Part shown: one piece after another, positions 18,690 through 31,847 of the stretch
Position numbering within the stretch: the first letter of the stretch is position 1
How the letters are laid out: every line of letters begins with the position of its first letter
Source of the DNA: Anaeromyxobacteraceae bacterium
Lineage (GTDB): Bacteria > Myxococcota > Myxococcia > Myxococcales > Anaeromyxobacteraceae
Assembly: GCA_047602405.1 (NCBI GenBank)
Contig: JASGHJ010000002.1
Span: 2,976,001 to 3,040,000 of the forward strand
DNA: 64,000 nucleotides
Direction of reading: 5' to 3'
Position numbers and translations under genes: made by a program
Notes under the pieces: generated by a model
Seen by the model: only the letters and a program-made list of their open reading frames with translations
Told to the model about the DNA's origin: nothing
The model's database searches: none

Positions 18690-20132
18690 CTACTCCAGCT
18701 CCACCGCGAGCAGCTCCGCGGTCTCGCCCTCGCGCACCTGCACGGTCGCGCTCGCGCGCCGGCCGTCCGCGGTGCGGAGCTCGATCCGGTGCGGCCCGAT
18801 CGGCACGAACAGCGCCCGCGCCTCGCCGGCGACGAGCGCCGGGGCGCGGTGGACGCCGTCGAGGTAGAGCTCCGCCGCCGAGGTCGCCTGCACGACGAGC
18901 CGGCCCCGCGCCGGGCCCTGCTCCCCGATCGCCGAGGCGGTGCCGGTCCGGGCGAGGACGAACGCCGTGCCGCCCGCGAGGACGAGGAAGATCACCGCCG
19001 CGAACGCGGCCGCCCGCCGGCGCGCGCGGCGGACGCGCGGGGGCGCGGGACGGGCCACCTCCCCGGCCGCGGCCGGCGCGGGGGCCGGCGCCGCCCCGGG
19101 CTCGAACCCGGGCGGCACCACGACCTGCCTCGTGGGCTCGTGCGGCAGGACCTCGTCCACGACGCCCTTCGGCAGGGCCTGCGCGCGCTCGAGGCGGTCG
19201 AGCTCGGCGCGGAGCTCGGCGGGGAAGCACCGGGCCATGAGGCGCGCCATCGCGGGCGGCTCGCCCGGCGGCGAGCCGGCGTGGGTCCAGGGCACGAGCG
19301 CGTCGCGGAGCTCGCTCGCCCACGCCCAGCGCCCCTCGGGCTCCCGGGCGAGCGCCTTCATGACCACCGCCGAGAGCGCCGCGGGCACCGCCGGGTTCCG
19401 GGCGCTCGGCGAGGGCACGTCGGCGGCGCGCACCTTCTCCATCACGGCGAGCTCGGACGGCCCGGCGAAGAGCCGCTCGCCGGTGAGGAGCTCGTGCAGC
19501 ACCACCCCGAGCGCGAAGACGTCCGAGCGCCGGTCCACCGGGAGCCCGCGCACCATCTCCGGGCTCATGTACGCGAACTTGCCGCGCAGCACCCCGGCCC
19601 GCCGCCGGGTCCGGATCGAGGCCTCCGCGATGCCGAAGTCGATGACCCGCACGCCGCCGTCGAAGCCCACGAGCACGTTCGCGGGCGAGACGTCGCGGTG
19701 CACGATGCGGAGCGGGTTGCCCGCTCCGTCGCGCTTGCGGTGCGCGTGGTCGAGGGCGTCGGCGACGCGCCAGCCGAGGTAGGCGACGAGCGGGACGGGC
19801 AGCCGCTCGCCCCGCGCCCTGAGGCGCGCGGACAGCGCGCGCAGGTCCTTCCCGGCCACGTACTCGAGCGCGATGAAGTAGGCCTCGCCGATCTTCCCGA
19901 GCTCGAGGATCGGCGAGATGCCGGGGTGGTCGAGCTGGGCGACGAGGCGGGCCTCGTCGAGGAACATCGTGAGGAGCTCCCCGTCCTCGGCGAGCGTCGG
20001 CAGGATGCGCTTCACCGCGCAGGGCCGGGCGTCGCCCCCGTCGCGGCGGGCCGCCACGAACACCTCGGCCATGCCGCCGATCGCGATGCGATCGAGCAGC
20101 CAGTACCGGCCGAATGGGATGGGCTCACGCAT
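18690..20132 (-). CDS. Membrane Ser/Thr protein kinase with C-terminal PEGA-like domain
   Basis: IAIGGMAEVF, AVKRIL, HRDVSPAN, DFG, GKFAYMSPE; TM helix; AELYLDG...GPHRIEL. Confidence 0.93.
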   Translation of the reverse strand: MREPIPFGRYWLLDRIAIGGMAEVFVAARRDGGDARPCAVKRILPTLAEDGELLTMFLDEARLVAQLDHPGISPILELGKIGEAYFIALEYVAGKDLRALSARLRARGERLPVPLVAYLGWRVADALDHAHRKRDGAGNPLRIVHRDVSPANVLVGFDGGVRVIDFGIAEASIRTRRRAGVLRGKFAYMSPEMVRGLPVDRRSDVFALGVVLHELLTGERLFAGPSELAVMEKVRAADVPSPSARNPAVPAALSAVVMKALAREPEGRWAWASELRDALVPWTHAGSPPGEPPAMARLMARCFPAELRAELDRLERAQALPKGVVDEVLPHEPTRQVVVPPGFEPGAAPAPAPAAAGEVARPAPPRVRRARRRAAAFAAVIFLVLAGGTAFVLARTGTASAIGEQGPARGRLVVQATSAAELYLDGVHRAPALVAGEARALFVPIGPHRIELRTADGRRASATVQVREGETAELLAVELE

Positions 20133-20242
20133 CGGACGCGGGGTCCAGGCCGCGGGGGCGGCGGGACCGGGGCACCCTCCCGGCAGCACGTCGAGGTCGG
20201 GGGCCGACACCACCGGGCCCCGCCCTCGGCTATTGTATCGGA

Positions 20243-20584
20243 ATGGCCACGACCTGTTACGGATGTGGCGCGACGCTCCGGATCGACGGTCCGGTCGGTC
20301 GCCGCAGCGTCTGCCCGCAGTGCGACGCCGACCTCCACACCTGCCACAACTGCCGCCACTACGACGAGAGCGCGGCCCACGAGTGCCGCGAACCCCAGGC
20401 CGACCACGTCGTCGACAAGGACGGGGTGAACGCCTGTGACCTCTTCCAGCTCGGCGACGGCGCCTCCCGCCGCCGGAAGAGCTCCAGGACGGCCCGCAGC
20501 CAGCTCGCCGCGCTGTTCGGCGAGGCGGCGCCGGAGGAGGAAGATCCGAAGGATGCGCTCGAGGCGCTGTTCCGGAAGAAGTGA
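20243..20584 (+). CDS. Small Cys-rich (zinc-ribbon) hypothetical protein
   Basis: CYGC, CPQC, CHNC, EC, NACDLF; C-terminal LEALFRKK. Confidence 0.8.
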   Translation: MATTCYGCGATLRIDGPVGRRSVCPQCDADLHTCHNCRHYDESAAHECREPQADHVVDKDGVNACDLFQLGDGASRRRKSSRTARSQLAALFGEAAPEEEDPKDALEALFRKK

Positions 20585-20659
20585 GCGCCGGGCACCGCGC
20601 GCCGATCCTGAACGGCTCGACCGTGGGTCCGGTGGGCGGGCGCCCTCCGCCTCGCCCGT

Positions 20660-20992
20660 TCAGCGTCCCGGCGACGGGTGCGTCTCTGCGTGAACCCACC
20701 CGAGGTAGCGCTCGGCGCCCGCGTCGACTGACAGTGCGAGCACCTCGGGGACCTCGTACGGGTGCAGCGCGAGGACACGCTCCTGGAGTGCGTCCAGGCG
20801 GTCCCGGGTCGTCTTGAGCACGAGGAGCGCCTCGGGCTCGTCGACCACCTTCCCCTCCCAGCGGTAGATGGAGCGGACGCCGGGCACCACGTTCCCGCAC
20901 GCGGCGAGCCGCTCCTCCACCACCGCCCGGGCGAGCTCCGCCGCCCGCTCCGGGCTCGGCGCCGTCACGAGCACCACGAGCACGTCGGTCAC
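20660..20992 (-). CDS. cutA: Divalent cation tolerance protein CutA
   Basis: RLAACGNVVPGVRSIYRWEG, HPYEVPEV; GTGA overlap with upstream gene. Confidence 0.93.
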   Translation of the reverse strand: MTDVLVVLVTAPSPERAAELARAVVEERLAACGNVVPGVRSIYRWEGKVVDEPEALLVLKTTRDRLDALQERVLALHPYEVPEVLALSVDAGAERYLGWVHAETHPSPGR

Positions 20993-22134
20993 AGCCCCTC
21001 CGCCCGGGCCACGAGCTCGCGCATGATCTCGCTCGTGCCGCCCGCGATGGTCATCACCCGCACGTCGCGCCACGCCCGCGCCACGTCGCTCTCGAGCACG
21101 TAGCCCATGCCGCCGTGGAGCTGCATGCAGTCGTAGGCGACCTTCTGCGCGAGCTCGCAGGCGAACAGCTTCGCCATCGAGATCTCCTTCACCGCCACCT
21201 CGCCCCGGGCGAAGAGATCGCAGGCCCGGTAGGTGAGCCAGCGCGCGGCCTCCACCTGGGTGCGGTCGTCGGCGAGCCGGTGGCGCCAGGACTGGAAGCT
21301 CCGCACCGGCCGGCCGAACGCGGTGCGCTCCTCGCCGTACCGGAGCGCGCCCTCGAGCATGAGGTCCATCGCGGCGACCGCCTGGATCGCCGCGACGAGC
21401 CGCTCGCCCTGGAAGTTCTGCATGATGTGGGCGAAGCCCTGGTTCTCCTCGCCCAGCAGCCAGCGCGCCGGGACGCGGCAGTCCTCGAAGAAGAGGACCG
21501 CCGTGTCGGAGGACGGCAGCCCCACCTTCTCGAGCTTCCTCGAGACCTGGAAGCCCTTCACGTCGGTCGGGAAGAGGAGCAGCGAGATGCCGCCGTACCC
21601 CGGCTCGCCGGTGCGGACCGCCATGGTCAGGAAGTCCGCGCGCGCGCCGTTCGTGATCCACATCTTCGAGCCGGAGACGACGAGGTCGTCCCCGTCGCGC
21701 ACGGCCGAGGTGCGGATCGCCGCGACGTCGCTGCCGGCGTCGGGCTCGGAGATGGCGAGCGCCGCCACCCGCTCGCCGCGGACGGCGGGGGCGAGGAACT
21801 CGCGCTTCTGCTCCTCGGTGCCGAGGTCGTCGATGACCGGGATGGCCATCTCGCCGTGCACGAGCATGCCGGTCGCGAGGCCGGCGTTCCGGCAGCGGGC
21901 GAGCTCCTCGGCGTAGGCGACGACGTACCACCAGTCGAGGCCGGAGCCGCCGTGCGCCGGGCTGCGGCGGATGCCGAAGAAGCCCAGGTCCCCGAAGGTG
22001 CGGAAGAGCGAGCGCGGGAACTCCCCGCGCTCGTCCCACTCCCGCGCGTGCGGCGCGAGCTCCTGCTCGACGAAGGCCCGGACCGTGCGCCGGAACGCCT
22101 GGTGGTCGTCGGTGAAGGGCTCGAAGCCGGCCAT
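20989..22134 (-). CDS. Acyl-CoA dehydrogenase
   Basis: ISEPDAGSD, GSKMWITNG, QLHGGMGY, IAGGTSEIM. Confidence 0.95.
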   Translation of the reverse strand: MAGFEPFTDDHQAFRRTVRAFVEQELAPHAREWDERGEFPRSLFRTFGDLGFFGIRRSPAHGGSGLDWWYVVAYAEELARCRNAGLATGMLVHGEMAIPVIDDLGTEEQKREFLAPAVRGERVAALAISEPDAGSDVAAIRTSAVRDGDDLVVSGSKMWITNGARADFLTMAVRTGEPGYGGISLLLFPTDVKGFQVSRKLEKVGLPSSDTAVLFFEDCRVPARWLLGEENQGFAHIMQNFQGERLVAAIQAVAAMDLMLEGALRYGEERTAFGRPVRSFQSWRHRLADDRTQVEAARWLTYRACDLFARGEVAVKEISMAKLFACELAQKVAYDCMQLHGGMGYVLESDVARAWRDVRVMTIAGGTSEIMRELVARAEGL

Positions 22135-22156
22135 GGCCGTGCCCCCGTCGAAGGGC

Positions 22157-22711
22157 CTACTTCCCGAGCATGGCCTGCTTGAGGCCCTCGTCCGCCGGCT
22201 CCTTGCCGAGCCAGTTGAGGAAGAGCGCGTCCGCGAACTCCTTGCCCTCGACGGTGACCGGCGCGCCGCCGGCGGCCGACACCGTGGTGCCCTGGCCGGG
22301 CACGTAGGTCACGGTCATCTCGCCGTTCTCCTTCATGTCGACGAGCCCCTTCTCGAGGACCTTCAGCTTCTCGATCAGGGCCGCGAGCCCGGGGCCGGCC
22401 GAGTTCTTCTCGAAGCCCTCCTTGTACGCGTCGACGATCTGCTTCTTCGTCACGTCGCGCAGGAAGACCATGCGCACCCGCTTCGGCGCGTCGGCGGCCA
22501 CGATGGCGGCGGCGTCGCCGCTCGGCGCCGCGAGGTACAGGCCGCCCGCGTAGACCTTGATGATGAACTTCTTGCGGATCCCGGCCCCGTTGAGCTTCAG
22601 GGCCTGGCCGGCCACGTCGACCGTGTCGGCGAACTCCACGTCGGCGACCTTCTTCGCGGACGCGGGCAGGGCGAGGGCGAGGGCGGCGAGGGCGACGGCG
22701 AGCTTCTTCAT
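22157..22711 (-). CDS. Exported chalcone isomerase-like family protein
   Basis: Signal peptide; LKLNGAGIRKKFIIKVYAGGLYL; FADALFLNWLGKEP. Confidence 0.88.
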   Translation of the reverse strand: MKKLAVALAALALALPASAKKVADVEFADTVDVAGQALKLNGAGIRKKFIIKVYAGGLYLAAPSGDAAAIVAADAPKRVRMVFLRDVTKKQIVDAYKEGFEKNSAGPGLAALIEKLKVLEKGLVDMKENGEMTVTYVPGQGTTVSAAGGAPVTVEGKEFADALFLNWLGKEPADEGLKQAMLGK

Positions 22712-22822
22712 GGGACACCATCCGTGAAGGGGTGAGAGGCCCGGGGACTGTACCCCGCCCGCGTGCGGGCCGAGGATCCCCTGGCGGGTTGGACGTTCGT
22801 GGGGGCGTGCGGATTCAGCAGG

Positions 22823-22852
22823 CTCGTGGTTCGACAGGCTCACCACGAACGG
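22823..22852. repeat. Short REP-like palindrome related to copies 1-3
   Basis: CTCGTGGTTCGACAGGCTCACCACGAACGG; same TCGAC..GCTC..GAACGG scaffold without the inner hairpin. Confidence 0.7.
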
Positions 22853-22868
22853 GAGGATCCCGGACCCG

Positions 22869-23813
22869 TCAGGGCGGCGGCGCGGAAGGGGCAGGCGCCG
22901 TGCGGGTGCTCCCCAGGACGGTGCCCCAGGCCACGCCCGCCACGCCCACCACCGCGCCCACGAAGGCGAGCGGCGTGACCGCCTCGCCGAGGACGAGCGC
23001 GCCGAGCGTGACCTGGGCGATCGGGGTGAGCTGGAGCCAGGCGGCCGCCTCGGGGACCGACAGCGCGCCGTACGCCTCGGTCATGAGCACCTGCGCGACG
23101 TACGCCGCGACGCCCATGGCGACCGCGAGCGCCCACGCCCGCGGCGCGGTCGGCCAGGCGCCGAGCGCGAACGGCAGCGCCACCGGCAGGCCGCCGAGGC
23201 AGAAGTAGAAAAAGATGGTCGCGGCGTTGTCGGTGCCGCGCATCGCGCGGATGGTGACCGCCGAGATCGCCGCGAAGACGGCCGCCCCGAACGCGAACGC
23301 CTCCCCCGGCCCGACGTCGAGCCGGAGCGAGCCGCCGCCGAGCACGAGCGCCACGCCCGCCGTGGCGACGAGGAGCGCGAGGACGAGGTGCACGGTCGGC
23401 CGCTCGCCGAAGACCCGCACCGCCATCAGCACCGCGAAGACCGGGAACAGGTTGTAGAGCATCCCGGCCTCGCCGGCCGGGATGCGCTCGAGCGCGAGGA
23501 AGTAGAGCACCACCACGATGCCGCCGGAGATCCCGCGCTGCCAGAGGAGCCGGCGGTTGTGCGGGCGGTAGAGGCCGGGGCGGATCCGGAAGGACGCGAG
23601 CGAGATCGCCGCGCCCACGACGAAGCGCAGCACCGTGAGCTGGCCGGCGTCGAAGCGGCCCGCCGCCGGCACCGAGGGGCGCGACAGGAGCCGCGCGAGC
23701 ACCGCCATGACCGCGAACGCGACGGCGGAGCCGACCAGCATGAGCCGGGCCCGCCACCGCGCTGCGGGGTGCCCGCCCGCGCCGGCGGGGTGCCCGCCCG
23801 CGGCGGTGGTCAC
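22869..23813 (-). CDS. DMT/EamA family transporter
   Basis: About 10 TM helices; LYFLALERIPAGEA, MTEAYGALSVPEAA; GTGA overlap. Confidence 0.9.
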   Translation of the reverse strand: MTTAAGGHPAGAGGHPAARWRARLMLVGSAVAFAVMAVLARLLSRPSVPAAGRFDAGQLTVLRFVVGAAISLASFRIRPGLYRPHNRRLLWQRGISGGIVVVLYFLALERIPAGEAGMLYNLFPVFAVLMAVRVFGERPTVHLVLALLVATAGVALVLGGGSLRLDVGPGEAFAFGAAVFAAISAVTIRAMRGTDNAATIFFYFCLGGLPVALPFALGAWPTAPRAWALAVAMGVAAYVAQVLMTEAYGALSVPEAAAWLQLTPIAQVTLGALVLGEAVTPLAFVGAVVGVAGVAWGTVLGSTRTAPAPSAPPP

Positions 23814-24748
23814 GGCTCCTCCGCCGGGAGCCCCGCCGCGAGCGCCGCCCGGCGCGCGTCGGCGCGGGCGCGCGGCCGGAAGCCGAGCACGCTCCCCCAC
23901 ACGATGCCGGCGACGCCGAGCGTCACGCCGAGCACCGTGAACCCCGTGAGCCGCTCGCCGATGAGGAGGCCCCACGCGAAGCTCGCGATGGGCGTGAGCT
24001 GCTGCCACAGCGCCGCCTCCGGCACCGACAGCGCGCCGTACGCCTCGGTCATGCAGAGCTGCGCGCCGAACGCGACGATCCCGACCCCGCCCGCGGCGAG
24101 CCAGGCCGGGCCGGAGGCGGGCCAGGCGTGGAGGCCGTACGGGAGCGAGGTGACGAGCCCGCCCACCGCGAACGCGAAGAAGATGGTCGGCGCGTTGTCC
24201 GTGGCGCGCAGCGCGCGGATGGAGGTCACCGCGACGCCGCCGCAGATCGCCGAGAGCACCGCGATCCCCTGCCCCACCCCGAGCGAGAGGTGCAGCTCCG
24301 GGCCGCCCACGACGAGGAACACGCCCGCGGACGCGAGGAGGAGGCCGAAGGCGAGGTGCAGCGTCGGCCGCTCGTCGAGGACGAAGATCGAGGCGAGCGT
24401 CGCCCAGATCGGGAAGGTGTTGTTGATGAGGGTCGCCTCGCCCGCCGAGATCCGCTCGATGGCGAGGAAGTAGAGGAGGGCCGCGAAGCCGCCGAAGAGG
24501 CCGCGCGTGACGAGGAGCCCCTTCTTCACCGGCCGGAAGGTGCCGGGGCGCCCCACGAAGATCGCCGCGACGAGCCCGAGCCCCACCGTGAACCGGCAGA
24601 GCGTGACCTGGCCACCGTCCATCCCGCCGCGGGCGGCGAGCTTCGCGAGGATGGCGGACAGCCCGAACAGCACCCCCGCCCCGAAGAGGAGCAGCCGGGC
24701 GCGCGCCCGCCCGCCACGGTGCTCGGGATCCAGGGAGAAAAACGCCAT
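23810..24748 (-). CDS. DMT/EamA family transporter (tandem paralog)
   Basis: LYFLAIERISAGEA, TDNAPTIFF, MTEAYGALSVPEAA. Confidence 0.9.
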   Translation of the reverse strand: MAFFSLDPEHRGGRARARLLLFGAGVLFGLSAILAKLAARGGMDGGQVTLCRFTVGLGLVAAIFVGRPGTFRPVKKGLLVTRGLFGGFAALLYFLAIERISAGEATLINNTFPIWATLASIFVLDERPTLHLAFGLLLASAGVFLVVGGPELHLSLGVGQGIAVLSAICGGVAVTSIRALRATDNAPTIFFAFAVGGLVTSLPYGLHAWPASGPAWLAAGGVGIVAFGAQLCMTEAYGALSVPEAALWQQLTPIASFAWGLLIGERLTGFTVLGVTLGVAGIVWGSVLGFRPRARADARRAALAAGLPAEEP

Positions 24749-24845
24749 GAGATTCCGGGCGGGTCTACCAGAACTGCACCCGCCGAGGAAGGGCGCGCCT
24801 GTACATATGGCCAGCGTCGGACCCGGGCGTTAAGGTCCCCCCTCC

Positions 24846-27739
<2,894 letters not shown>

Positions 27740-27743
<4 letters not shown>

Positions 27744-28871
27744 AGAGGAGGCGCAGGCTCACCCTCGTGGTGTCGGTCCTCCTCGGCCTCGCCGTGGGCG
27801 TCGCCGGTGTGAAGGTGGGCCAGGCCTTCGGCGCGCGCCCCACGGCAGCCGCGGACGGGGCCGCGCGGGCGCACCCCCTCCTCCTCTCCGCCCTCGCCCT
27901 CCTCGGCACCTACCTCGCGCTCCTCCTCCACGAGGCCGGCCACGTCCTCGGCGGCCTCTCGCAGGGCTTCCGGTTCCTGTTCCTCGCCGCCGGCCCGCTC
28001 TGGCTCGAGCGCGGGCCCGGCGGCCGCGGCCTCGCGGTGCGGCTCAACCGCATCCCGGCCACCTGGGGCGGCGTCGCGGCCTGCGTGCCCCTCGACGACC
28101 GCGCCATCGTGCGGCGCATGGCGGTGCTCGCGGCCGGCGGCCCGGCGATGAGCCTCGCCCTCGCGGCCGGCGCCTGGGCCGCCGCCCGGGCGGTGGCGCC
28201 GGGCACCGGCCTCGCGGTCGTGCTCGGCGTGACCGCGCTCGCCTCCGGCCTCTTCTTCCTCGCGACCGCGCAGCCCTTCGGCGCCGGCGGCGGATTCATG
28301 AGCGACGGCGGGCGCCTGCGAGCGCTGCTCTCTGGCGGCCCCCGCGCCGCGCGCGAGGCGGCCCTGCTCTCCCTCACCGCCGCGAGCACCGCCGGCGTGC
28401 GGCCGCGCGCGTGGCCGGAGCAGGCCGTGCGCGATCTCGCCGCGCACGCCGACGGCGGCGCGATGGACCTGGGCGCCGCGATGCTCCGCTACTCCTGGCA
28501 CCTCGACCGGGGCGACGTCGCCGCGGCCGAGGCCGACCTCGCGGCAGCCCGCGCGAAGGCCGAGGTGAGCGCGCTCGCGCGCGACGCGCTCGCGACCGAG
28601 GCGGCGTGGTTCGAGGCCGCCGTGAAGGGCGACGCCGCGCGGGCCCGGGCCGCGCTCCCGGCGAGGGCCGGCGCGCTCGTGGAGGCCTGGCAGTGGCACA
28701 GGGCCCGGGCAGCGGTGCTGCTCGCGGAGGGCGACCGGGAGAGCGCGGGCGCGGCGCTCGCGCTCGCCACGGCCGCGCTCGAGAAGCCGCGGTTCCAGCG
28801 CCCGAGCGTGATGGACCGGGAGACGGTGGCCGCGCTCGGGGAGAAGCTGGGGCTGGCAGTTCGGCGCCTGA
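27740..28871 (+). CDS. M50-like membrane metallopeptidase. As sequenced it reads to 29149; the probable true stop is TGA 28869-28871, one frame away
   Basis: LLLHEAGHVLGG, AAGGP, SDGGR; GTGA overlap with uvrA; hairpin directly after 28871. Confidence 0.75.
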
Positions 28872-28873
28872 GC

Positions 28874-28917
28874 ACGCCCCTGGAGGGCCATCTCCGGAGA
28901 CGGCCCTCAGGGGGCGT
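28874..28917. terminator. Inverted repeat between convergent genes (same arms as 53889-53927)
   Basis: ACGCCCCTGGAGGGCC-atctccggagac-GGCCCTCAGGGGGCGT. Confidence 0.6.
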
Positions 28918-28935
28918 CCGACCGCGGGCTGGAGC

Positions 28936-29403
28936 TCAGGGTGGGGGCCTCGGCTCCGCGCCGAGCGCCCGGGCGAGCTCCCCGACGTCATCGATCACCC
29001 AGCGGCCGTCCTCCCTCACCATCTGGAAGAAGATGAGCTTCTTTTCGAAGTTGAAGAAGAAGGCCTGGACCACCGCGTGGTCGGCGGTCTGTGAGAGGAC
29101 CTTCACCTTCAGATCGGCCAGGATCTTGTGTTCGTTCCAGACGTCCTGAGCCTCGATGAAGGGGTCGACGTCGAGGACGAGGTCGCCCGCGGCCTGGTCA
29201 CGGTCCATCCTTTCGAGCGCCGCGATCATCCGCCGGCTGAAGAGCTTGCCCCGGTGCTTGCGGTTCAAGGGGTCGAGGGCCTTCGGGTTCGCGAGGGCCG
29301 CCCTCTCGATCCGGTACGCCTCCCGCACCGCCGCGGTCGGGTCGTCGGCCTTCCCCGCCCCGGCCGCAGCAACCAGCGCGGCCACCACGAGCGCGACGCT
29401 CAC
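28936..29403 (-). CDS. Exported DUF3828 (YbjP/YqhG)-like protein
   Basis: Signal peptide; LDVDPFIEAQD; MVREDGRWVIDDV; GTGA overlap with PLD gene. Confidence 0.75.
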   Translation of the reverse strand: MSVALVVAALVAAAGAGKADDPTAAVREAYRIERAALANPKALDPLNRKHRGKLFSRRMIAALERMDRDQAAGDLVLDVDPFIEAQDVWNEHKILADLKVKVLSQTADHAVVQAFFFNFEKKLIFFQMVREDGRWVIDDVGELARALGAEPRPPP

Positions 29404-30902
29404 GCGCCCTCCCCCTTCGCCGCCGCCGCCTCCCGCTCGAGCCGCGCCTTCTCGCGCGCCTCGCGGCGGATCCGCCTGCCGCGCGCGACGAGGCCGATCG
29501 CGAACCACAGGACGATGCCCGCGAGCGGCCAGGCGATGGCCTGCGGCACGAGCACCGCGAGCGCGACCACCCCGGAGAGCAGGGCGGCCGCGACGAAGAT
29601 GAGGCCGGTCTCCGCCGGCCCGAGCACGCGGCTGCCGCCGATGGCGGCGCCGACGGCGCGGCCGAGGCGCAGGGCGCCGGCGGCGGAGACGCCGGAGCCC
29701 TCGCGCGGGCGCCGCCCGGGCGGCCGGATCCGGCCCAGGCGCACGGGGCGCACCCGCCGCGCGCCGAGCACGACCTCGGTCGCGTTCTCGAGGTCGGCCT
29801 CGTAGCAGTCCTCCATGCACCGCGCGAAGCCCTCGTCGTCGACGGCGACGTCCATCTCCCAGTTCGCCATCCAGGAGGAGACGTTCAGGTTGGAGGAGCC
29901 CACCCGCGCCCAGCGGCCGTCGGCGACCGCGGTCTTCGCGTGCAGCATCGAGCCCTTCCACTCGAAGATCCGCACGCCCGCCTCGAGCAAGGGCCGGAAG
30001 CCCGCGACCGAGAGCCGCTTCACGACGACGAGGTCGCTCTCGCCGGGCACGAGCACCCGCACGTCGACGCCGTCCGCCGCGGCGGCGCGGAGCGCCTGCA
30101 CGTAGGCGGCGTTGCCGACGAAGTAGGCGTCGGTGATCCAGAGCGTGCGCCGCGCGAGCGCGGCGAGGAGCTGGTCGAGCCGGAACACCCCGGAGGTCGC
30201 GGGCTCGGTCGCGATCACCCGCAGGGCCACGTCGCCGCACGGCGCGAGCGCCTCGCGCGCGGGGAACGCACCCGGCGGGAGCGGCGGGCCGGCGTGCGAC
30301 CAGGCCGAGGCGAACGCGCGGGAGAGGTCGGCCACCGCCGGCCCGCGGAGCTCCACCCCGGAGTCGCGCCACGGCGCGACGCCCTGCGCGGGGTCGCCCT
30401 CCCACCGCGCCGCGATGCAGAGCCCCGCGACGAAGCCGATCCGCCCGTCGACGGTGATGGTCTTCCGGTGGTTGCGCCCGATCCAGCCGAGCGGGCTGTC
30501 GAGCCGGGGCGGGTTGAACGCGCGGACCTCGCCGCCCGCGTCGCGCAGCGGACGCCAGAAGGAGCGCGACGCCTCGCCGAGCCCCCCGAGCCAGTCCTGG
30601 AGCACGCGCACCGCCACGCCGGCGCGGGCGCGGGCCGCGAGCGCGTCGCGGAAGCGCTCGCCCAGCCGGTCCTCCGAGAAGATGTAGGCCTCGACCGAGA
30701 CGCTCTCCCGCGCGCCCTCGATGGCCGCGAGCCACGCCGGGAAGTTCTCGCCCGCGTCACGGAGCAGCCGGACCGCGTTGCCGCCGACGAGCGGCGCGCC
30801 CGCGGCGCGCGAGAACGCCTGGTCCGCGAGCGTGCGCAGCGAGCCGCCCGGCGCGCGGGCGATCGAGGCGACGGCGCCATGGGCGGGGGCCGGAGCGGGC
30901 AC
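29400..30902 (-). CDS. Cardiolipin synthase-type phospholipase D family protein
   Basis: Two HKD motifs: RNHRKTITVDG and MLHAKTAVADG...GSSNLN; WRDSGV. Confidence 0.92.
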   Translation of the reverse strand: MPAPAPAHGAVASIARAPGGSLRTLADQAFSRAAGAPLVGGNAVRLLRDAGENFPAWLAAIEGARESVSVEAYIFSEDRLGERFRDALAARARAGVAVRVLQDWLGGLGEASRSFWRPLRDAGGEVRAFNPPRLDSPLGWIGRNHRKTITVDGRIGFVAGLCIAARWEGDPAQGVAPWRDSGVELRGPAVADLSRAFASAWSHAGPPLPPGAFPAREALAPCGDVALRVIATEPATSGVFRLDQLLAALARRTLWITDAYFVGNAAYVQALRAAAADGVDVRVLVPGESDLVVVKRLSVAGFRPLLEAGVRIFEWKGSMLHAKTAVADGRWARVGSSNLNVSSWMANWEMDVAVDDEGFARCMEDCYEADLENATEVVLGARRVRPVRLGRIRPPGRRPREGSGVSAAGALRLGRAVGAAIGGSRVLGPAETGLIFVAAALLSGVVALAVLVPQAIAWPLAGIVLWFAIGLVARGRRIRREAREKARLEREAAAAKGEGA

Positions 30903-30936
30903 GGGATCCGATCGTGCCCTGCGCCGGCCGGGTTGG

Positions 30937-31662
30937 CTAGAGGTTGTCGCGGGTGGTGCAGTCGTGCTTCACGTCGAGGTTGCTCTTGACCTTGTCGGTG
31001 AACCAGTCGGAGCCCACGCGCTCACCGCCGGTCACGAGGTGGCCCTGGGCATCCCGCGGCCGGGCGAGGAGCTCGTCCCGGATCGCCTGCTCCGCCCCGC
31101 GGACCGGCAGCGTCGGGCCGACCACGTGGACGAGCGCGTGGCGCAGCTCGTCCCCCGCGTCGCCGACGAGGTGCGCGCGCGCCGCGACGGCGCCCTCGGT
31201 CCGGTAGTAGCCCTTCCGCCCGAGGCCGTCGCCGGTCCACGACTCCACCTCGACCGCGAGCGCGCCCGCGCCGGCGGGGGACGCCGCGAGCCACAGCCAC
31301 ACCTCCACCGGCGGCGCGCCGCGCGCGATCGCGGCCGCGACGCCCTGCTCGAGCGTGGGGGCGGCGACGCCCTCCACCACCGTCACCTCGAGGGACGGCT
31401 CGCGGCGCAGCTCCCGGGCGAACGCCTGCGCGAGGGCGCCGCCGTCCACGCCGGCGAGGCCCGCGGCCACCTGCGCGGGCAGCACGGCCACCGCGAGCGG
31501 GGCGCCGGGCGCGCGGCGCGGCGCGGTCGCGAGCCGGTTCGAGAGCTCCCGGAGCGCCGCGGCGTCGAGGACGCCGGAGGTCGCAGGCGCGCCGGCGACC
31601 CGGGAGGTCGAGGCGCAGCCCGCGAGGACGAGCGCGGCGGCGAGCGTGGCGCGGCGGAGCAT
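30937..31662 (-). CDS. Hypothetical lipoprotein
   Basis: Lipobox LVLAGC; GGAGG upstream. Confidence 0.7.
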   Translation of the reverse strand: MLRRATLAAALVLAGCASTSRVAGAPATSGVLDAAALRELSNRLATAPRRAPGAPLAVAVLPAQVAAGLAGVDGGALAQAFARELRREPSLEVTVVEGVAAPTLEQGVAAAIARGAPPVEVWLWLAASPAGAGALAVEVESWTGDGLGRKGYYRTEGAVAARAHLVGDAGDELRHALVHVVGPTLPVRGAEQAIRDELLARPRDAQGHLVTGGERVGSDWFTDKVKSNLDVKHDCTTRDNL

Positions 31663-31847
31663 GGTGTTCCCTCCAGGTCACCGGAGTCTGCCCCTGGACC
31701 GGGCCTGCGGACAACCGGCCCGCAGCGACCCGGACTTCACCGGCAGCGGGCGGGTCCCGAGGCCGCGGCGCGGGGCCGCGGCCGCCCCCCGGATGGAGCC
31801 ACTTCCCGGGTTGCGCCGCGCCGCCCGGGACCCGACGATGGACGGAC

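Noticed and set aside
22712..22846. N-terminal extension MVSLSNHE... of the chalcone-isomerase-like ORF
   Set aside because: It is the translation of the REP-like palindrome; the signal peptide begins at ATG 22711.
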